Assembly (NCBI RefSeq): GCF_018977255.1
Contig: NW_024704742.1
Span: 107,262,001 to 107,326,000 of the forward strand
Direction: 5' to 3'
DNA length: 64,000 nt
Origin: Callorhinchus milii
Lineage: Eukaryota
The position numbers were made by a program, and so were the translations under genes. The notes beneath the pieces are model-generated. The model did no database searches, had not been told where the DNA came from, and worked only from the letters and a program-made list of their open reading frames with translations. Below, one piece after another: positions 37,166-49,381 of the stretch (its first letter is position 1; each line of letters starts with the position of its first letter).

Positions 37166-37274
37166 AAGCGCATCGACACTCTGCCCCGCACATAGGGTGC
37201 TATATAATGCTTGTTGTTGTCATACAATTTCATCATTTTAAAGTGGTGCTACTACTATGACCATGATGACACGG

Positions 37275-37580
37275 CTCGATACTCACTGCTCAATCATCCT
37301 CAATAAGGATATTTTAATACTCACTCTTCAATGCAGGCTCTTCAGTGCTCCTCAATACCGACTCCTCTATATTCACCCTTCAATATTCCTCAATACAGTC
37401 CTCAAAACTCACTTTTCAATACAAACTCTCAATAGTCAATAGTCTCAATACTCCTCAATACTGACCTCTCAATACTCACTCCTCAATCCTCAGTGTGGCT
37501 CAATATAGATTCCTCAATATTCACTCAATAATTCTCAATTGCTCATTCCTCAATACTTTTCAATACAGATTCCTCAGCTC
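37275..37580. repeat. Degenerate CTCAATA-based minisatellite
   Basis: Many imperfect ctcaata(ct) units. Confidence 0.8.
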
Positions 37581-37694
37581 TCACCCGTGTGCAGTATTAG
37601 TTCCATGCTTCATCAAATTAAATTTATATTGAATAAGGTTTTTTTGTTTCTGTGTAGATCTTCAATCCTGGTTGGTTGCACGTGAAAGATCCCA

Positions 37695-37935
37695 TTTCCA
37701 TGGTGCCAGGTTTAATCCCTGTTGTGCTCCATCAGCTGAATCTAGCCAGTGACTCGGGAAGGTAGGGATGCTCATGTGTAGACTTTGGGTCATTAGTTAA
37801 GGACTGGGTGAGTTTGACTGCAAACTCCAGTTGAGTAGACCTTATGACACTCATTATCAAAGCTCACACATGAATAACAACCACTGGGTCAAGATACTAA
37901 AAGGTATCCAGTGCCCGTCCAACTGTACCTCAGTG
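37695..37935 (+). mobile_element. Ancient SINE (AmnSINE2-like)
   Basis: gacactcattatcaaagctcacacatgaataacaaccactggg...gtgcccgtccaactgtacctcag. Confidence 0.6.
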
Positions 37936-38690
37936 GAAGGACACAAAATAGATCTGGAGAGGAAGGCCAGCAGATAAAATTGACTCAAAGTACCATGTAA
38001 CACTGAAAATTAAAATTGGTTAATAGAATGATGCATAATGTGTTCATAAATTTTACATAAAAGAGGATTGGATAATGGCATTGCTCTAATAACATAATGT
38101 TGAAAGCAATACATTACAAAGTATAATTTTAGACAAGAATCTAATTTCCTTTATTCTTTCAATATGATAATTTGTCAAAATCGGTACAGGTTAATTCAGT
38201 GTCATTCTGCTCTGGCAGATATTAATGTGGGCAACATCCATTATAAAATATTAGACAATATGTTCATTTCTTTGGTAAGTAGATATTGATTGTGCAGAAG
38301 CCCATCATCATGGTTAAGAGTATCCAAGCCAGACTGAGTGTTCCACATGTGAGTGCCACCTTCATACATTGTGTAGGTGACATGCATAAGGGGAACTCTC
38401 AGTCCAGTTTGGATGCTGAGTTTCCACATGTATCAGGCATCCAGCTGAGCAAAAACAAATGGCGCAATATTTTTAGAAGAAATGTGAATATGTAAACTCA
38501 TTAAAGTGTAGAAATATTGATTTTATATAAACACCTGTTTCCTGTCATAGATATGTAAGATAAAAAATGTGATGTTTTGTAATAGATTTAATTATCACAT
38601 CTGAGGCTTGAACTTTCACCTAAGATCATTTTGTCTTAAAATCGTCGATTATCTTCTGAGTATAGAAAAAAATCCCTGGTATCTCTCCTG

Positions 38691-38944
38691 GTGGAGTCCT
38701 GCAGCTCAGTGGTTAGAGCACTCGCTTTGCAAGTGAGAGACCTGAGATCAATTCCAGGCAGGGCGAAACCTTTCAATCTATGACTGTTTGTGGGACATTG
38801 CTGTGCGCAATTGGCTGCCGCGTTCGCCCACAAAAAAAATATACAGTCAATTCACTTTACAGTGTGTTCTGTGAAGCGCTTTGGGATGACCTCCCGACGT
38901 GAAAAGCGCTATATCAAATGCAAGGATTATTATTATTATTATTA
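38691..38944 (+). mobile_element. Young tRNA-SINE with an internal ~70-bp deletion
   Basis: Matches the 5081 copy but joins gcgaaacctt directly to tcaatcta. Confidence 0.95.
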
Positions 38945-39450
38945 AATTGCCCTTTACAACTCTAAACTTATATCCTCTTGTTCTGCTGTCTTGGTGTATC
39001 CTAAAGTATTGATCTGGGTTTACTTTTTCAATCCCATTACAAGTTTTAAACACCTCCATGACATCCCCTCTGAGTTGTCTTCTCTAAAGACTGAAGAGCC
39101 CTAGCTTGTTTAGTTCTTGCTCATATTTCATTCCTATAACACTGTTGCTTTACTCTTCATTGTCTCTATGACCTGGACAGCCACCTTGTGTCGCAATGAC
39201 CAGAACTGTGTGCAGTACTCAAGGTGCAGTCTAAACAGAGCAAACACAGTCTGAGAATTACATTTGGGGATTCAAACTCAATTGATCTAGCAAGACAGGC
39301 CAGTATCCAGTTTGCCTTGTTTATTGCTGCCTCACTATTTGACATAGTGAGCGAGAAGTCGACTAACACCCCTGGATCTTCTTTAGCTTCCCTGTGGCAA
39401 GTTCTAGTCCATCCATGGAGTATCTCGTGTTTACTGTTCTCACACTCCTG
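38945..39450 (-). mobile_element. CR1 fragment
   Basis: AAINKANWILACLARSIEF, EVFKTCNGIEKVNPDQYF..DSRTRGYKFRVVKG. Confidence 0.9.
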
Positions 39451-39821
39451 AGGTACTCTGCTTAATTGTGATCTGGCTCTCTTAACAAAGATTCTCTGCT
39501 ACTTTCCATTCAGCCAATCCTAAATCCATGTCCATGTATTTTCCTTGATATCCAGTGACAACAGTTGTGAAAGAGCAAGGATTAGTATTATTATTATTAC
39601 TATTTGAAAGACTGTTTAAGGATGTGACAAATTCTGGACAATCTAAACTGCTATTAACATGCATTCAAGAGAAAGCTAGACCATCAAACGAGGGAGAGGG
39701 GAATAGAAGGGTGCAGGTGGGTGTAAGGAATGGATGAAGTCTCACATGGAGTATAGACACTGGCATGGATTGCCTGAGTTGCATGTGTCTGTGCTGTAAT
39801 TTTTTGTAAATAGAGCAAATC

Positions 39822-39941
39822 TAGACCCAGGTAAAAGTTCAACACTTCTCTTTTTCAGAATAAAAGTTAAAAAGCTTCTTGTGAAAAGCTTGTGAAAATA
39901 TAAATAAATGTTCTTTCTTAAACAATTTACTAAAAGGCCTT
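39822..39941 (+). repeat. Copy 1 of a short local duplication; copy 2 is 40100-40156 plus 41202-41266
   Basis: aaagttaaaaagcttcttgtgaaaagcttgtgaaaatataaataaatgttctttc versus reconstructed aaagttaaacatcttcttgtaaaaaatctgtgaaaatataaataaatgatctttc. Confidence 0.85.
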
Positions 39942-40156
39942 ATTATCTCTTGCTTATGCAAGGACTTTTGAACTCCACCCTTCACATGAACAAAATTGAA
40001 CACCGCAGATGGAGTTGGGCCAGTCATTTTAGTCAGTATCACTTGCAGTCATTTTCACTTCCTCTAAAATACTCAAACGCAGAGTGTAACCACATCTCCT
40101 CAAACTCCTGGAAAGAGTCTACGCCTCTCTTTTTAGGAATCAAAGTTAAACATCTT

Positions 40157-41196
40157 TAAACAGTCAGAAAAACGGATACAGGGAAGTGTGGAGTGGTATC
40201 CCCAGGGGTCGGTATTGGGACCACTGCTATTTTTGACCTACGTAAATGTAAATGACATGGACTTGGGTATAGGGAGTACAATTTCCAAGATTGTAGATGA
40301 TACTAAGCGAGGAAAGGTAAACATTGAGGAGGATAGTAGCAGACTGCAAGAGGACATAGACAGACTGGTAAAATGGGCAGTCACGTGGCAGATGAAGTTT
40401 AATGTGGAGAAATGCGAAGTGATACATGTTTGGAGGAAGAATGAGGAGAGGCAATATAAGCTGATGGTACAATCTTAAAGGGGGTGAAGGAACAGAGTGA
40501 CCTGGGGGTCCATATAAGTAAGTCTGTGAAGGTGGCAGGAGAGGTAGATGAAGCTTTTAAAAAAGTATATGGGATACTAGTGTTTATAAATAGGGGCAGA
40601 GAATACAAAAGTCAGGAAGTTATGATGAACCTTTATAAAACACTGGTTAGGCCTCAGCTGGAGTACTGTGTTCAGTTCTGGGCACCACACCTTAGGAAGG
40701 ATGTCAAGGCATTGGAGAGAGTGCAAAGGAGATTTACCAGGATGGTACCAGGAATGGAAGACTTCAGGTATCAGGAGAGGATAGAGAAACTAGGATTATT
40801 CTCCTTGGAACAGAGAAGGTTAAGAGGAGACTTAATAGAAGTTTTCAAAATTATGAGGGGTTTCAATAGGGTGAACAAGGAGAAACCATTTCCACTGGCC
40901 GGTGGGTTGATAACCCGAGGACACGAATTTAAGATAGTCGTTAAAAGAAACAGAGGGGATGTGAGGAGAAATTTTTTCACACGGCGAGTTGTTCGGATCT
41001 GGAATGCTTTGCCTGAAAGGGTGGTGGAAGCCGATTCAATAATAACTTTTAACAAAGAAGTCAATAATTATTTGGGGAGGACAAGTTTGCAGGGCTATAG
41101 GGAGAGAGTGGGGGAGTGGGATTGATTTGGATAGCTCTTTTCAAAGAGCCGGCACAGACACGATGGGATGAATATTGTATAATTCTATATTCTATG
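40157..41196 (+). mobile_element. 5'-truncated CR1 LINE (RT C-terminal half plus 3' UTR)
   Basis: PQGSVLGPLLF, KIVDDTK, WQMKFNVEKC, ORF 40484-41125 (LVRPQLEYCVQFWAP..RRLRGDLIEVFKI); attcta-type tail; TSD ATCTT at 40152-40156 and 41197-41201. Confidence 0.97.
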
Positions 41197-41789
41197 ATCT
41201 TCTTGTAAAAAATCTGTGAAAATATAAATAAATGATCTTTCTTAAACAAATTAGCAACTGGCCTTTTCAGAAGCACCCAGACCGCAGTGTCAAGCTCTTT
41301 GAGATATCCTCCCAACATGAAAAGCACTTTATGAATGTAAATTGTATTTACTGATACCGCTTTAAAAACTGGACAGAACAATTTCTGTTTTTGAACAAAG
41401 GGCGGAGTTTCTTTGTGAGACCACCGTTAGTATTTTTTTGTTTTGGATGCTCCGTTACAGGAAGGATATGACAGCAATGGTTAAGGTGCAATATAGATTC
41501 ACCAGAATGTTACAAGCAATGACAGGTTTCAGTTTTGAAAAGAGACACTTGCGAATTTTTTTTACTAGACCTGAGAAGTCTAAGGGGTGATTTGATAGAG
41601 TTTTTCAGTATTATAACAATAATTCCTTCCACAAAGCTCCAGCTCATATCTCTTCTGCCTACATATGTGTACCTGCATATAATTTGATATCCCTATCTGT
41701 ATTTTGTATATGTTATCATTATATTTTATACAATTTTATATTTAGATTTTACATAATTATATTTTGTATAATTTTGTAAACATCTTTGC

Positions 41790-42180
41790 CAGGCTCCACT
41801 GTCTCCCAGCAGATTGAGTTTAAGATTTTCATTTTCAATTACAAATCCCTTCACTTTCTTTCCTCTTCCTATGTCTGTGATCTTCTCTAGTCTCACTTTA
41901 CACTTCACTCCCTAAGTTCGGCAAACCGAATCCGTCGTTACATCTCTTCTCCCCTCAACCTCACCATCAGCGATAGCGCCTTCAGCCATTATGTCCCTAC
42001 CCCTTGGAACTCCCTCCCTCATCCTCTCCATCTCACCCTCCTATCTTCAAAATACCCTAAAAACCTCTCACTTCAGCCATGCATATGGTCGTCTACAGAC
42101 TACCCCAGCCCGTATCTGGCACTATTTCTGCAAAGCACTTCAAAATGTGAAGGGTGGTATAAATCCAAATTGTTGAGGTT
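41790..42180 (+). mobile_element. L2 3' fragment
   Basis: gctccactgtctcccagcagattgagtttaagatt...gccttcagccattatg...tataaatccaaattgttg. Confidence 0.8.
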
Positions 42181-42201
42181 ATGGGTACTTTAGAAAGAAT
42201 A

Positions 42202-42555
42202 CAACACCAACTTGCACTTATATAGTGCCCTACATGTAGGGTAGTATCCCAGAGAGCTTAACAGTGACAGAGCCTGACTCCGAGCCAGGGGGATAGGGGG
42301 AGTTGCACAGTCAAAACGGAAGGTTTTTAGACAGGACTTGAAAAGGGAGGGGGGCGGGGTGAGGGCAAGGTGGAGGGATTGAGGGAGAGTGTTCCAGAGT
42401 TTTGGGGCACAGTGGCTGCAAGTACGACCTCTGATGGTGGGTGGAGGCTTTGAGAGACAAGCAGGAGGCCGGTGCCAGTCAACCTCCGGGTGGTGGGTTG
42501 GGGAGTGAGGAGGTCAGAGAGGTAGGGAGGTTCCAGGAGTGAAGGGATTTGCAAA
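42202..42555 (-). mobile_element. L2 3' fragment
   Basis: caacttgcacttatatagtgccc...gggagagtgttccagagttttgggg; peptide PPYLSDLLTP. Confidence 0.85.
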
Positions 42556-42603
42556 TGAATAGTAAAGAGTATGAGGAATATGCAGGTTAGTGAAGTTTAC
42601 ATC

Positions 42604-43093
42604 ACGATCTAGATGAGGACATCGAAGTTAATATATCCAATTTGTGGATGACACAAAACTAGGAGGAAGTGCCAACACAGAGGACGACATTAAAAAAATG
42701 CAGCGAGACATAGATAAGTTAGGTGATTAGAAAGATCATCAAAGGGCATGATAGAGTAGATAGTGGGAGATTGTTTCCCCTGGTTGGAGAAACTAAAACC
42801 AGGGGTCACAACCTTAAAATCAGAGGCCAGCACTTTCGCACTGAGTTGAGGAAGAACTTGTTCACTCAAAGGGTGGTGAATGTATGGAACTCGCTACCCC
42901 AAAGGACTGTTGACGCTCAGTTCTTGAACATATACAAGACTGAGACAGATTTCTTATTGTAAAAGGTATTAAGGGATATGGGGATAAGGCAGGGTCAGGT
43001 TATTAGCTGGAGTTAGATTAGAAGATTGAATGGCGGGGCAGGCTCGAAGGGCCGAATGGCCTACTCCTGCTCCTATATGTTATGTTATGTTAT
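42604..43093 (+). mobile_element. CR1 3' fragment with an internal deletion (young subfamily)
   Basis: DLDEDIEVNIS/FVDDTKLGG..MQRDIDKLGD joined at about 42730 to KIIKGHDRVDSGRLFPLVGE; (TATGT)n tail; near-identical to 61602-61972. Confidence 0.95.
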
Positions 43094-44589
43094 ACTAGGT
43101 TGGTCATGTGCAGCAAAACACCAAGACAGACTTCTGAAAGAATGACATGTTTCTGTGCTGCAACATCCGTAAACGTGTAGTATATTAAGACTCGAGGCAG
43201 CTGCTGGATCAGCACCAGTTAAGAGTTACAAAGTTTATTTAATTTGCTAGCTCTACCACCCAGCAAAATTTCAGCCTTTACTCAAACCCAGACCCACTTA
43301 GACATGCACTTAATTTTTGCAGGATTTTATGGATAATTACTGGATAAGCACCTGCTTGTATGCAGAGAATAGATACATATTGTCTGAGTTGTACAGAAAG
43401 AACATTTGGTGACTATCAATGCTAAAGCCTATAATTATTGGATATATATTTGATAAGGCTTGAGCAGCCGTGTTCGCATTTCTTTTCCAGAAAATATAGC
43501 AATGTACAAAACAGCAGTACATCAAGAGGGACCTTTTATTGTACATTAGATCTGACTTGATCTAAAGGGATGCTTCTGTTGTTAATTTGTTTTTCCGCAT
43601 GTGAATTGTGAAAGACACAGAAACATGGAACAGGAGGACATCTTTCAACCCATCGAGCAAGTTGATGCAATACCATACACATTTCCATCTATTTAGCGCT
43701 TTTCACATTAGAAGAAAGTCCCATCACTCCTGGCATGGCACCTGAGCTGTGAGTGTGAATTGAGGGGGGTGGTGCAATGGTTCTCATACCTGCATTATGT
43801 AAAGCGCACAGTGTACCAGGTGGCCTCTGTGTAGATTTTTCTCTGTAACGTGCAAATTCGCTCTCCATGTAAAACTTCACGATATGAGAATTAACACAAC
43901 GTCAGGTAGTCAAAATGCTTTATAGCGTATCAATGGGATACATCAATCAGTGTCCTTTGCACGACCAGACAGCTGACGTCAGCAGTGACCTGCTTGTGTA
44001 CCTCCCTCCCTCCATAACTTAACAGAGACTCTCGATGCACTTTTAGAAAACACAACAACAAAATGACATTTGTATAGTGCCTTTTATGTTGGGAATATGT
44101 CCCAAGGTGCTGGGCAATTAGTGTTTTGGACAACAGTATTTTATGGGTCCTTAAAACCCTATGCCCTACTTATACTGCCTGATAATACAATAAATGTTTG
44201 CAACGTAAAGAAATAGAAAAACCCTGACACTATAACTATGACTCTAGCAGCTTTCCCCAAAGTTAGTAGACAAAGAAAAAACAATCTTGACCTGGAGACA
44301 AGGCTCTCAGGTCAGGCATGTACTTCCTGGATGAGACTAAAGGCGAAGAGTGACCCCAAATTTAATGAGTCCTCTCCTTTTGTACGATTTTAACTCCTCC
44401 CCTTTTCAATGTGTCTCTTGATACCTTTTCCCTATGCTTTTGTTGCAACACTCACCCAGGTCACAGACTTTGTGTCTTCAAAGCAGTAACACTTTACATT
44501 ATATTTTCGGCCCCTGGACCATAATTGCGCTTAAAGCGAAATGGCTTATTTTAACACAAACTCTCTATTCACAGACTATCCACAGCAAA

Positions 44590-44760
44590 TATCATTAGAA
44601 CGAGGTAGAGCAATAATAAAAACAAAAACGGTGTCCGTAACAGTGGGGAGGGAATGGTGACTGAAAGCACAGTCAAAAAGGTAGGTCTTGAGACGGACCT
44701 TGAACGAGGTGAGAGAGCGCGAGTCAGTGAGATTAAGTTCCAGAGAGAGATTTCCAAAGA
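44590..44760 (-). mobile_element. L2-type 3' end (different subfamily)
   Basis: SLTSFKVRLKTYLFDCAF peptide. Confidence 0.7.
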
Positions 44761-47700
44761 AAATCTGAATGCCCACTCAGTTTATTATATCATGGTGAAT
44801 TTTTAAATCCCATTTCTGCAGAGTTTGCCTATACCCCTTAATCCTTTATTTCCCGAGTACCTATCTAACTATATGCCGTTAAAACATCCAATTAATTCTG
44901 TCCCTACAGCGTTCAACAGTAGATTCAACAATATTTTGGTATTATCTTTAAAAACACTGCATCACCTTCGGGCTGGAAACCACTATTTCATAAGACATTA
45001 CAAAACTAAGATAGCATGTATCTAAATTGTATCCTAGGAGAGGGATTGATAACTTAAATTTGGAGGTATAAATATACAATATGCAGAGGTTATCTTTAAC
45101 TTTATTCCAAGAAGAGTAACAGTACTTTGATTTTGTAAGACTGAACAAATGGATTGAACTTACACATCAACAAACATTAATACGTTTTATTCTTAAAAAC
45201 AGTAAAGCAGCAGAGGTTATCTGTTAGTTGAAGCATGCAATAAGAAAATTAATGGAAAACATTGAATAAAACTTCTTTTCTTCTGAAGATATAAGCTAAT
45301 TTGCATATAGACGAGGCCATATTTCCTGTCCTTTTTTACGTGATTTGTTTTATTATTTTCCAATTTAATCAGCGGACATGTATTCAAACGAAGAAACTTC
45401 AGTTCAGTTTTTTTTAATGGAACAGATCGTCTTTTAAGTGTCCATGTAAATCTGAATCATTGTGTGTGTTGTACGACTTCTGGAGAAATGTGTGGGGACT
45501 CAAGGTGTTATTTTTGCTTCTAAAGTAGGAGTAACTATATATTATAAATTAGTAATGTTGTTTTATGGTGAAATTGTATTTGTTTTGTTCAAAAAACCTG
45601 GTGCCAGTGGGATGTCCAAATAGCAAGTAATAGCCACTGTAACTTGTGTTCTTTAGTAAAGCAAAAAACATCAAGATCATTTTCAAAGTTTACAAAGCAG
45701 CATGCTTAAAAATAATGCAATTTTGCATATTGATACCTTTTGATCTGATGATTAGCTGTAAATAGACCTAAAGTTCAGACTCTTGAGGCAAATTTCAATG
45801 TATTCAAATTCTTACATTTTGCACTCCTCATCTGTTTTCCTTGTTTCTGACAAATATTTGTGCTAATTAAGGTGAGGGATATCAATGCTCGAGAAATGAA
45901 AAGTTTTCCACTTTTGCTGGATTCAAGTTCCTTCTGGTTCATGCATTGTGTGTTCTAGATGCTTCCTGACATCTTCCTTAATGTTCCTTAACCCCAAATC
46001 TGTGGAGCACCCAAGCAGTACATTATGAGCTACCTAAAGCAGATTTATCCGTGCATACTGCAGGTTTGTATCTTCTGTCAGCCTGGTTCAGTTATTAGCA
46101 CTCAAATCAGAAGGCTGTGAGTTCATATCCCACATCAGCTAACAATGCAGTACAGACTCAATAACATTTGACAATTAGCAAATCTGTTAGGAAACTTTGG
46201 ATTTTTTACCCTTTACCTTTCCATTTTGTGCCTTAATTTACAGCTCGGCTATAAATTAGCATGTGAAAAGGCAGGAAGCAATCTTTCAACAGTCTGACAG
46301 TAACTAATCATAATTGATATGCAGTTTCTCTCCCAAATAGTCTTAACACCCATTTTAAAATGAATCTGGACAAGAAACACCAATTCATTAAATGAGTCTG
46401 TGGAAAAAGAAAGTTTTTTTTAAATTTAGACTAGTCAGCATAGGGCGTCATTGAGCATTGTTATGAGTTTCAGAGGCTTAACACTGATCAGCTTCCTCAT
46501 AGATAAGACTGATCAGAGGAAGGGCCAAGAAATTACTCTCGTCAAACCTGACTGAAACTCCAATGAATGTATTATGGGTCCCAAGTGCTAAGCTCCAGCA
46601 ATCAACACTAACTCCTATCGATATTCTGTCTTTATTGTGTCTCTCACATTTCTGTTTAGTGTCGAGAGGATAGAGTCTGGGAATGCAGAGTTCTCAAAAC
46701 AAGGGAGAGTTCTTGAAACAAGGAAAATGAGAAAAAAAGGGGTTTAGTAACCTGGAGCGAGCGACTGCAGGATCAGTCAGCCTTGGGAACACAGTGCTTA
46801 GATCTGTCTAAGGGTAGTAGTCAACGTAGAGCCGAAGTATCCTAACCACTACCTATAACAGTTAGTTTTCTTTGTTCAAGCTTCAAAGACACTCTGTAGA
46901 ATCTACCATCTCCGTGATTATCTGTGGACTCTGTTAATTAAAAACTCCAGTGGAAAACTACCGTCCGAGTCAGTCTCCATAATTACAATTCATCTTGAAT
47001 TGGACCAGAACTATGACTTCCCTGTGAGAAAGTACTCAATCCTGTTGTGATAATATTGTCCTTGCAGGTGCCTGAGCTAAGCAAGACAGTTGGGTAGAAC
47101 TCAACCACACCCAAGGGACAGACTTTGTGAGAGAGCCATTTTATCAATTGATACATCAATTGTTTAAAAAATTTAAAAAAAATGTTTCATGGACTGTTAC
47201 CCTGACTGTTCAAATTGTGCAAGTTTTATAATTGTTTATATTGTGTTTTCTTTGCAGATGCTTTGTTTGGGCAAAGTTCTTCAGATTTTGATAATTTAAA
47301 AACAATAACAAGCATTATAGATCTGCAGCCTTCTTTCCTGCTTAACATCAGATACACAACATAGCTGAAAGCTTTTCTTTAACACTGCATGTAATATGCT
47401 AATTCGGAATTGCAAAATTGCTGAGACTTAACTACAAAACAATCCAACGAGTATCTATGGACTAAAATCTATCCTTTCAATGTCCATTATAATCTCAATT
47501 TGCAGCGTACACTTCAGTCAAGCATTTTGAGAGTTAACAGAGCCAATAAGCAGTCTTTTTTTTCTCAAAGCATTGTCACTGGAAATAAAATAACATAGAT
47601 AACAGCATCACTTAAATCAATATTCATGCTAGAATAGTAAAATAACTTGGCTCTTTTATTTCTCTTATTTAAGTGTACCAAATTGTCAGGTAGAACTCAT

Positions 47701-48769
47701 TGATTATTGAGGAGCAATTAAACTTCTAAGACAGTTATTGTAGATTTTGCCAGGTCACTTGAAAACTTATTAAAATTCCACATTGAGTCTTGATGGTGGC
47801 TTCAACCCTTAAAATCTTTAAATGAATATAGAAGCATTTGTCTACCCGGGGTCAGGGTGCAATCAATATCTCCCATTCTGAAATCCAGCAGGAATAATTC
47901 AAAAACATTCTTAGTAAAAATCTATTTTCAAGAAGTGTAAAGAGATTGCATAAATTGTTCTTTCCTCCTGATAAGAGCTGCTCTCATCTCCTTAATATAT
48001 AAGGAGATTGCTGCTTGACTAATGCGACACCTCAAGAATCCCCAAGAGGCTGCTGAAATGTGCCAGTGGCATAAAAAGACAGAACAGAGTTTATTTTAAT
48101 GGGCAAGGTGTGACTATGCAGACAAGGTATCCATCGCCAAATCACTCCTCACAAAGTAGGACAACTGGTTTATTTATCCAGTACCTGAATGCTTCTTGCA
48201 TGTCACACAGATTTATTCATAAGAGATCAGAATCGGGGCAGCGTTTTATGTGTGGGGCAGGGGAATTGGAGGGAGTGAGGGGAGTGGGGATTTCACATTC
48301 TGTGAAGATAAATACACAGTTGAAAGTTGATCCATAGGAAATTTCATAAGATTCAGGGATTACAGTAATTTTAAGCGTTTAAACAACAAGAAGAATAATC
48401 CTTGCATTTCAGATAGCACTTAGTACATTACTGAAACAACTCAAAGCAATAAGAAAATATTATCCCAGGAATAATAATCTATTTTGACTTCAGAAGCTGT
48501 TGTAGGTTGATTTATTTACGCAATGTAGTTTTGCTTTAGATGAGCATGGTGTGACAGTTCACTAGCCAACATTCATGTCTTGTATCATGATCAACAAGAC
48601 AAATTATTTTGCTAAAAAGACAGTAGGTATTCAGGATTTGGTGAATTCTAATTTCCTCTGTTGTGTTGCAGGTCATAAAAAGGTGTCAGCTATCTTCCTC
48701 AGAGGAGAATAAACCAGTGTAACAGCAAACAGCCATAGTTAAACATTGATACATTGACCCAGCACCCGA

Positions 48770-49381
48770 AAAAATAATCTTTGTATTTACAATAGCACCT
48801 GATTATGTCATCGAGACATCTCAAAGAGTGTCAGAAACATGGCAGCATTTAGACAGCAATGTCCCACAAACCACCATGAAGTGAATGATCAATTTTATTT
48901 GGGGGATTTTTGGCCAACACAAAGAGAAACTCCTTTCTCTTTTCAAATAGTGCCATGGGATCTTTAATGTCCACCTGAACAGGCAGGTGGGACCTCAGTT
49001 CAAAATCTCGTCCGAAGCATGGCACCTCTAATAATGCAGTGCTCCCCAAATACTGCACTGGACACAGAGGGTAGTGAGATTGTGCTGCCTAAGCGTTTGA
49101 ATCAAACTATAAATGCATTCAAGAGGAAGTTAGACCTTCACATGAGGAAAGAGGAATAGAATACTATGGGAGAGTACATAATTAGACCCCAATGGAGTAT
49201 AAACACTGGCACAGAGAGGTTGGCCCAAGTGATCTGTTTCCGAGCTCTACATATTTTGTAAATCTTTGTTATGTTTGAAGCGTCAGCTTAGATTGTGAGT
49301 TCAAAGCTTTGACATGGTGCTGGAATCCACAACTTCCTGACTCAGAGCTGAGAGTGCTACTAACCGAGTCAGGCTGACACC
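48770..49381 (-). mobile_element. Deu-domain SINE split by a CR1 3' end
   Basis: SINE body 48770-49062 resumes at about 49276 (gaagcgtcagcttagattgtgagttcaaag...ggctgacac). Confidence 0.85.
49063..49275 (+). mobile_element. CR1 3' end nested in a SINE
   Basis: cacagagggtagtgag..gcattcaagaggaagttagac..tggagtataaacactggcacaga. Confidence 0.75.

Noticed and set aside
40484..41125. 213-aa ORF as a host gene
   Set aside because: It is the CR1 ORF2 C-terminus, 5'-truncated and frameshifted upstream.
44195..44450. TG...CA bounded segment with ttgcaac ends
   Set aside because: No TSD and no second copy in the window.
46459..46987. Second solo LTR candidate (TGTTATG...CATAATTACA)
   Set aside because: LTR-like texture but no matching TSD and only a weak terminal repeat, so left uncalled.
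47258..48720. Strong isolated 3' splice-site-like motifs (about 47257 and 48671)
   Set aside because: No matching donor or recognisable peptide, and such motifs are expected by chance in AT-rich DNA.
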